Positions 60,793 to 64,000 of a DNA stretch of 64,000 nt are shown piece by piece. How positions within the stretch are numbered: the first letter of the stretch is position 1; each line of letters begins with the position of its first letter. The notes under the pieces are model-generated. The model saw only the letters and a program-made list of their open reading frames with translations. It did not search any database and had not been told where the DNA came from. The translations under genes and the position numbers were made by a program. The DNA is taken from NCBI GenBank assembly GCA_965214775.1, contig OZ243974.1, positions 736,001 through 800,000 on the forward strand, in the 5' to 3' direction. The stretch comes from Nitrosopumilus sp. GTDB lineage: Archaea > Thermoproteota > Nitrososphaeria > Nitrososphaerales > Nitrosopumilaceae.

Positions 60793-61486
60793 CGTGCAAA
60801 AGAGCTCCGGGAGACCCGCATCGCCGCCGCCCTCCAACGACGAGATCCAGACTGTGCTTCGCCTGTACGCCGAGCAGGACATCGGCGTGGTGCGCACGGC
60901 CAGGCGTGCAAGGGAGGAACTGGATATAAGCTATAGCAACGAGCAGAAATAATTGAGGTTTTTTACGTGTAGTTATGACCTACTTTGACTCAAAGACTTC
61001 TGCCCGTTGCTATACGACTCTGTATACAGGATAATGAGGGAGAACAATCTGGTATCAAAGTCTGCTGCAAGATCCGCGCAGCGCAAGTGGCTGCGCTATG
61101 AGCGCAAGTACTATAACGCAATGTGGCACGTGGACTGGCACGATATAAAGGATCCACGCCTGAGAGGGCTCAAATTAGTCACGTTTTTGGACGATTCCTC
61201 CCGGTGTATCACGGCAGCACGGACGTTTGCCGAGGCCACATCCGAGAACGTGGTGATAACACTCAGGGAGGCCATAGGCAGGTTTGGCACGCCGGCTACC
61301 ATACTGTCTGACAACGGCAGGCGCTTCAACGGCGGCCGCAGCAAGAAGAACATACCCAAGGGGGCATGGAGGCCGACTGCATTTGAGGCCGAGCTGCTGG
61401 ATCGGGGCATCGGGCTGATAAACTCAGGATCGTACCATCCGGAGACCAACGGCAAGCTGGAACGTTCCACGGTTCTCAGGCGATGA
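60793..61486 (+). pseudogene. Second IS481-family transposase remnant, interrupted by an M1 MITE
   Basis: GRP...ELDISY/DSVYRIM...WHVDWH...LDDSSR...SDNG...PETNGKLER. Confidence 0.8.
60934..61012. mobile_element. 79-bp MITE family M1, copy 2
   Basis: Inserted at the TA of a TAC codon, with TA duplication. Confidence 0.9.
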
Positions 61487-61745
61487 GACCCCCTCAAATT
61501 TGGGTTTCATCAAGATATTCGTTGTGTGGTTGGATGCGTCGGCTTAAAATTGTTTTGGATTACACGGAGTTTGATCCGAAAAACTAGGAAATTACGGGGG
61601 TACGGCAAAAATGAGTGATCAAAGTGTGCGAACAAAGACGCTCCTATTCTAGCGGGGTTCTCATCACAAGGTGTGCCAATAAGACCTAGCTTTTGACTAC
61701 CCCCACGAGTCTGTCCTTGGACTGCACTGCCGGCCCAGGATCCTC

Positions 61746-62315
61746 ATGATCATGTCCACACACCGTATCCTCCCCGGCACCTGTTCGACTGCTGCTCTTG
61801 GAGTAAACTTTTACACCGACGATGACAAAAAGGACAATAAGAGTGGTGATAAAAAGAAGGGCATGACGGCAAAGTCGCATCCTGACAGCAGACATGGAGG
61901 TGAGATCCCGGCCTCGGAATTTTCCAAGGGACTGCCGTTGGTGGATGATCTCGTCAGGAAAGGCCTCGATGGCAGCTATGACTATGTGACAGGGTCGGTC
62001 TTTGATGTCAAGAACCCAGAGCATTGTAGAAAGTTCTACGATACGCATGGAATTGACGGCAAGCCGGCGGCGATAATTGGCCGTACCAACCATCACGGGC
62101 CATTCGATCAGTCATCAAGGCATGCGTTTAGAAAGGTCGTCAGTGAGGGATACACGCCGTCAATCGGAACATGGACAAACAGGCGCAAGAGGGTGTTCAA
62201 CGACGTAAGCATGATAGTGAGTGCAGACAAGGACGAATTGTTAAGACTTAAAAAGAAGCATGACCAATTAATAATCTTAGTGGTGTACGAAAATGGAGAA
62301 CCAGACTTTATCTAA
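61746..62315 (+). CDS. Hypothetical protein (orphan; possibly N-terminally truncated)
   Basis: 189-aa ORF; C-terminal IGTW...FNDVSM...LKKKHDQL.IL segment. Confidence 0.6.
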   Translation: MIMSTHRILPGTCSTAALGVNFYTDDDKKDNKSGDKKKGMTAKSHPDSRHGGEIPASEFSKGLPLVDDLVRKGLDGSYDYVTGSVFDVKNPEHCRKFYDTHGIDGKPAAIIGRTNHHGPFDQSSRHAFRKVVSEGYTPSIGTWTNRRKRVFNDVSMIVSADKDELLRLKKKHDQLIILVVYENGEPDFI

Positions 62316-62508
62316 ACTGTTCAAGAATCCTGCACATAAGAGGGGCTGGAGCAACGAATACGCCACTGCAGGAAAACTGGCCATATACTATGATCGCGGT
62401 CTCTTCGAGCTTGACGAGCTTGAGCCCGAAGCTGTTGAACCCGTAAGGCAGGCCATCAAGGAATGGGACGCAAAAGTCGACGCGCACTATGCAGAACATG
62501 GCGACTGA
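62293..62508 (+). CDS. Small acidic hypothetical protein
   Basis: 71 aa; overlaps the upstream gene by 23 nt; GGTG upstream of the ATG. Confidence 0.6.
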   Translation: MENQTLSKLFKNPAHKRGWSNEYATAGKLAIYYDRGLFELDELEPEAVEPVRQAIKEWDAKVDAHYAEHGD

Positions 62509-63145
62509 GACGGGTCTTGCCGGGGTTGTCGCCCAAGTACAATATGAGATCCTCAACTTTCCAGGCGGAAAACACTCGTCCAAACTTCCTGTTCGCGCAT
62601 GATTTAGGTACTGCGCAGCAATGCATGCATATGGTCACCTTCTCCTGCCGTCTAGGCATGAAAAATCACAGCTGCGGACAAACTTGCATGTAGCTGTTTG
62701 ATGGGAGGTGGCCTCGTACGTCTCAAGATTTGTTCTTTACTGAACATCATTAAAATAATTTACATTAATCATGGATTTTTTATCTTCTAATGCGGAATCA
62801 TATTTCCACGGTTTGTTAGCATGGTAAAAAGAAGTCGCAAAATTTTTTATGTCTTTAATATTACGAATGATCATAGCATGGCGAATTAATTTGCAAGTGT
62901 ATTTTTGTAAGATGGCTCGTTTCTTTGCAAGTTTATGAAGATTTGTCGTGTGGTGGCTGTAAAATACGAAAAACCGATATCAAGCACAGGCACATCAATA
63001 AAAAATCCGTCAGGAAGATTATCACGGTGGATTTTTTCTAATTTTTCTTTAATTTTTTTTTTGCAATAAGTTTTCTATGGCATAACGGAAAATCCAATAA
63101 CAGCATTAGACCTTATGCGTAATCTATTCAGATCTAGGATTATTA

Positions 63146-64000
63146 TAGCAATGATCAGAAGTCTTTGAGCCAAAACGGGATCATTCGAAAAGTATAATGA
63201 TCACATAACTGGCGCAATGGCATGGCAAAAGAAACAGACAAAAGCCTGTCAGAGGCCATGCGCAAAGAAAAGGATGCCAAAGTCTACAAGAAGATCATGG
63301 CGCTGATGTTTGTGCTAGAAGACGACGTGGGCGTGCCTGAGACTGCAAGAAGGGTCCGGTGCAGTGAGAATTCCGTGCGCAACTGGCTGGCGAGGTTTTC
63401 GGAGGACGGCATAGACGGTCTCCGGGATCTTCCCCGTTCCGGATGCAGGCCAAAGGTGGACAGGAAAAGTATTGCCGCCATAATGGACCTGTCCACTGCA
63501 TGCAAAAGTACCGACTCCATGACGGTACGCGATGACATAAGGGATGCCACCGGGATACAATACAGCATAGAGTATGTCCGGAGAATGATGCGCCGGCACG
63601 GCCTGTCGCGCCGCAAGGTGCAAAACATACATGTCAACCATGCCACCCCAAGCTCCGTATACTCGTGGCAACGGTATCTTGAAAACGTGCGTATTCCGTG
63701 CCTGAAAAACGACGGTTTTACGCTGGGTAGGAGTTTACCCCTCACCTGAGATACGGCGGGTCAGGCGTGATCATGAAGGTTCCAGACAGCAGGACGCCTA
63801 AGGGGTAAACTCGTACTTACGCTGGTGTCATCTGATGAGGCGTTCTTCGTGCAGGGCGCATATGACAGATACGTGTGGGATCCGATAGGCACCAGAAGCG
63901 TGGCATCGTATTCGGGGGACCACACAAAGGTGGCCATGTTTGGAAGCATCGCAGAAGACGGCAGAAGGCTGTTCAGGACGTTTACGGGATCCTTTACGTC
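63146..64000 (+). mobile_element. IS630-family element (runs off window end); transposase from 63222, interrupted by a MITE
   Basis: TA|TAGCAA left end; HTH (VRNWLARF...GIDGL.D.PRSG.RPK); DE motif restored after MITE removal. Confidence 0.85.
63727..63816. mobile_element. 90-bp MITE (family M6)
   Basis: TIR GTA(G/C)GAGTTTACCCCT; 9-bp TSD TTACGCTGG. Confidence 0.88.

Noticed and set aside
61487-61603. Additional MITE (gaccccc...gggggtac)
   Set aside because: Weak TIR, no clear TSD and no second copy in the window.
62700-63107. AT-rich minus-strand fragments (…FYHANKPWK…) as a glycosyltransferase
   Set aside because: Frameshifted, and the motif is too short to assign.

Overview
Archaeal chromosomal segment, almost certainly from an ammonia-oxidising thaumarchaeon (Nitrosopumilaceae-like). 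The evidence is the thermosome, L44e/S27e, the cobY-cobS-cbiB-cbiP cobalamin genes, the split A-type ATP synthase genes around an Amt transporter, and a CFI-box-CTERM protein. Positions 1-50.2 kb are mostly housekeeping genes (folate, GMP, pyrimidine, cobalamin, haem O, ATP synthase). They are interrupted by small accessory islands at about 12.5-13.2 kb, 23.2-25.5 kb and 26.6-30 kb. Positions 50.2-64 kb are a dense nest of insertion sequences (IS481, ISH3, IS5 and Harbinger-like, IS66, IS630) with at least six families of short non-autonomous elements (MITEs). Several MITEs have readable terminal inverted repeats (TIRs) and target-site duplications (TSDs), and some are nested in each other. 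The most notable accessory content is: (i) an ABC/AAA-type ATPase plus small PD-(D/E)XK-like nuclease two-gene module that can be reconstructed exactly after removing an IS, a candidate defence system; (ii) two different type IV (AbiE-like) toxin-antitoxin pairs, one broken by a G10 frameshift and an amber codon, one intact; (iii) a small paralogous helical protein marking two islands; (iv) a paralogous pair of Trp-rich amphipathic, phasin-like proteins, one with a histone-H1-like PAKK arm; (v) an orphan two-gene pair at 61.7-62.5 kb; (vi) an apparent ACG start codon for an Lrp regulator. No CRISPR array, rRNA or tRNA was recognised. All family assignments come from motif recognition by eye, not from database searches.
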